Below are positions 30,674 to 32,000 of a stretch of 32,000 nucleotides of DNA, one piece after another (the stretch's first letter is position 1; each line of letters starts with the position of its first letter). The notes under the pieces are model-generated. The model saw nothing but the letters and a program-made list of their open reading frames with translations. It did not search any database and was not told the origin of the DNA. Origin of the DNA: Archaeoglobus fulgidus DSM 4304 (GTDB taxonomy: Archaea; Halobacteriota; Archaeoglobi; Archaeoglobales; Archaeoglobaceae); contig NC_000917.1 in assembly GCF_000008665.1 (NCBI RefSeq), forward strand, positions 1,770,001-1,802,000. Reading direction: 5' to 3'. The position numbers were made by a program, and so were the translations under genes.

Positions 30674-31878
30674 CTCCAGTCGCTCAGATACCTTACCTGC
30701 TCCTCAGTAAGCTGGTCAATCTCAACGCCCATCGACTCAAGCTTCATTCTCGCAACCATTCTGTCAAGCTCTTCGGGCAGCCTGTAAACCTTCCTCTCCA
30801 GCTTCTGCCAGTTCTCGGCAATGTATTTAGCAGCTAAAGCCTGATTGGCAAAGCTCATGTCCATAACCTCTACTGGATGACCATCGGCAGCAACGAGGTT
30901 CACCAGCCTTCCCTCTGCGAGCAGGTAAACCCTTTTATCGCCCAGATCATACTCTGTTACGTACTTTCTCGCCTCTCTCTTCGCCTTTGCCATCCTCTCA
31001 AGGGCCGGGATGTCAATCTCAACGTTGAAATGGCCGGCATTCGCCAGAATCGCCCCATCCTTCATCAGCCTTATGTGCTCCTCCCTGATGATGTCCCTGT
31101 TGCCCGTAGCTGTGATGAAGATATCCCCGATTTTTGCTGCATCCTCCATCCTCATAACTCTGAATCCATCCATCACCGCCTCAAGAGCCCTGATTTCATC
31201 AACCTCCGTAACAACAACGCTTGCCCCCATTCCCCTCGCTCTCATCGCTATTCCTCTACCACACCACCCGTAGCCAGCTACAACAACAATTTTTCCAGCC
31301 ATCAGCAGGTTTGTGGCTCTGATAACTCCATCAATGGCGGACTGGCCAGTGCCATAGCGGTTATCGAAGAGGTACTTTGTGTAGGCGTCATTCACAGCAA
31401 TAACGGGGAATTTCAGCACCCCCTCCCTTTCCATCGCCCTGAGCCTTATAACTCCCGTCGTCGTCTCCTCGCTCGCCCCCTTCACCTTTTCAGCATAGCT
31501 CTCCATCTCGCCGTGAAGGAGGAAAATGAGGTCTGCGCCATCGTCGATGACTATATCCGGTTCAGCCCTTATAACATTCCTCAAGGCCTCGTAATACTCC
31601 TCAACATCCATCCCCCTCTTTGCGTAGCATGCAATCCCGCTCTCCCTCAAAGCATCTGCCACATCATCCTGAGTGCTCATGGGATTGCAGCCCGTAATCG
31701 CCACCTCAGCCCCAGCATCAACGAGAGTTCTAACCAGAACTGCGGTTTTCGCCTCAACATGCAAAGCCATGCCGACGGTAAAGCCCTCCAGCGGTCTCTC
31801 CTTCCTGAACTGCTCCCTTATCTTTCCAAGAACCTTCATGTAGCGCTCTGCCCACTCAATCTTCCTGAAGCCCTCCAT
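30661..31878 (-). CDS. ahcY: Adenosylhomocysteinase
   Basis: [80 protein letters not shown]; C-terminal YLSDWRCGT. Confidence 0.97.
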   Translation of the reverse strand: MEGFRKIEWAERYMKVLGKIREQFRKERPLEGFTVGMALHVEAKTAVLVRTLVDAGAEVAITGCNPMSTQDDVADALRESGIACYAKRGMDVEEYYEALRNVIRAEPDIVIDDGADLIFLLHGEMESYAEKVKGASEETTTGVIRLRAMEREGVLKFPVIAVNDAYTKYLFDNRYGTGQSAIDGVIRATNLLMAGKIVVVAGYGWCGRGIAMRARGMGASVVVTEVDEIRALEAVMDGFRVMRMEDAAKIGDIFITATGNRDIIREEHIRLMKDGAILANAGHFNVEIDIPALERMAKAKREARKYVTEYDLGDKRVYLLAEGRLVNLVAADGHPVEVMDMSFANQALAAKYIAENWQKLERKVYRLPEELDRMVARMKLESMGVEIDQLTEEQVRYLSDWRCGT

Positions 31879-31881
31879 TTC

Positions 31882-32000
31882 TCACACCTTCCTCATAAAC
31901 TCCTCAATTCTGTCCTCAAGCTCAGAAAGCCAGTCTATACCTCCCGGCTTATACCTTTTCCTCGCCTCCCTGTCTCCCCTTATTATGGCCTCAACAGCCT
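31882..32000 (-). CDS. C-terminal end of a gene entering from the right edge, function unknown
   Basis: Open minus frame ...AVEAIIRGDREARKRYKPGGIDWLSELEDRIEEFMRKV*, stop 31884..31882, just upstream of ahcY. Confidence 0.6.
   Translation of the reverse strand, partial: AVEAIIRGDREARKRYKPGGIDWLSELEDRIEEFMRKV

Overview
This 32 kb window reads as a compact, gene-dense archaeal chromosome segment. The gene content and rRNA sequence strongly suggest Archaeoglobus fulgidus; that is an inference, no database search was run. The central landmark is an rRNA operon on the minus strand: 16S (~18987-20478), tRNA-Ala(TGC) (18864-18935) and 23S (~15800-18768). Both 16S and 23S are bracketed by textbook 3-4-3 bulge-helix-bulge processing motifs. 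Around it are housekeeping and metabolic genes: ROK kinase, AMMECR1, TPR protein, Hsp20, NMD3-like, Trm5/Taw2-like, hemB, hemA, PAN, MBF1-like, cutA, nucleotidyltransferase, ccmC, a DtxR/znuACB-like metal cassette, ilvC, CYTH/CyaB-like, long-type FKBP, an NSS-family transporter, HdrD-like, a PH-like membrane protein and ahcY. The most interesting parts are: (1) a five-gene cassette of exported or membrane proteins with no recognised function (22318-26819), including a protein with about nine EF-hand-like Asp motifs; (2) an operator array at the hsp20 promoter (CCTAAC x3 at 14-bp spacing plus an inverted GTTAGG); (3) two very small membrane ORFs missing from the ORF track (CcmD-like 37 aa; MetS-like 30 aa); (4) a VapBC locus whose VapC is frameshifted and may also lack its first catalytic Asp; (5) a CARF-like/wHTH regulator paired with an unknown gene and with no CRISPR array nearby; (6) a structured rRNA leader with C/D-box-like elements. 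ORFs listed inside the rRNA genes are artefacts.
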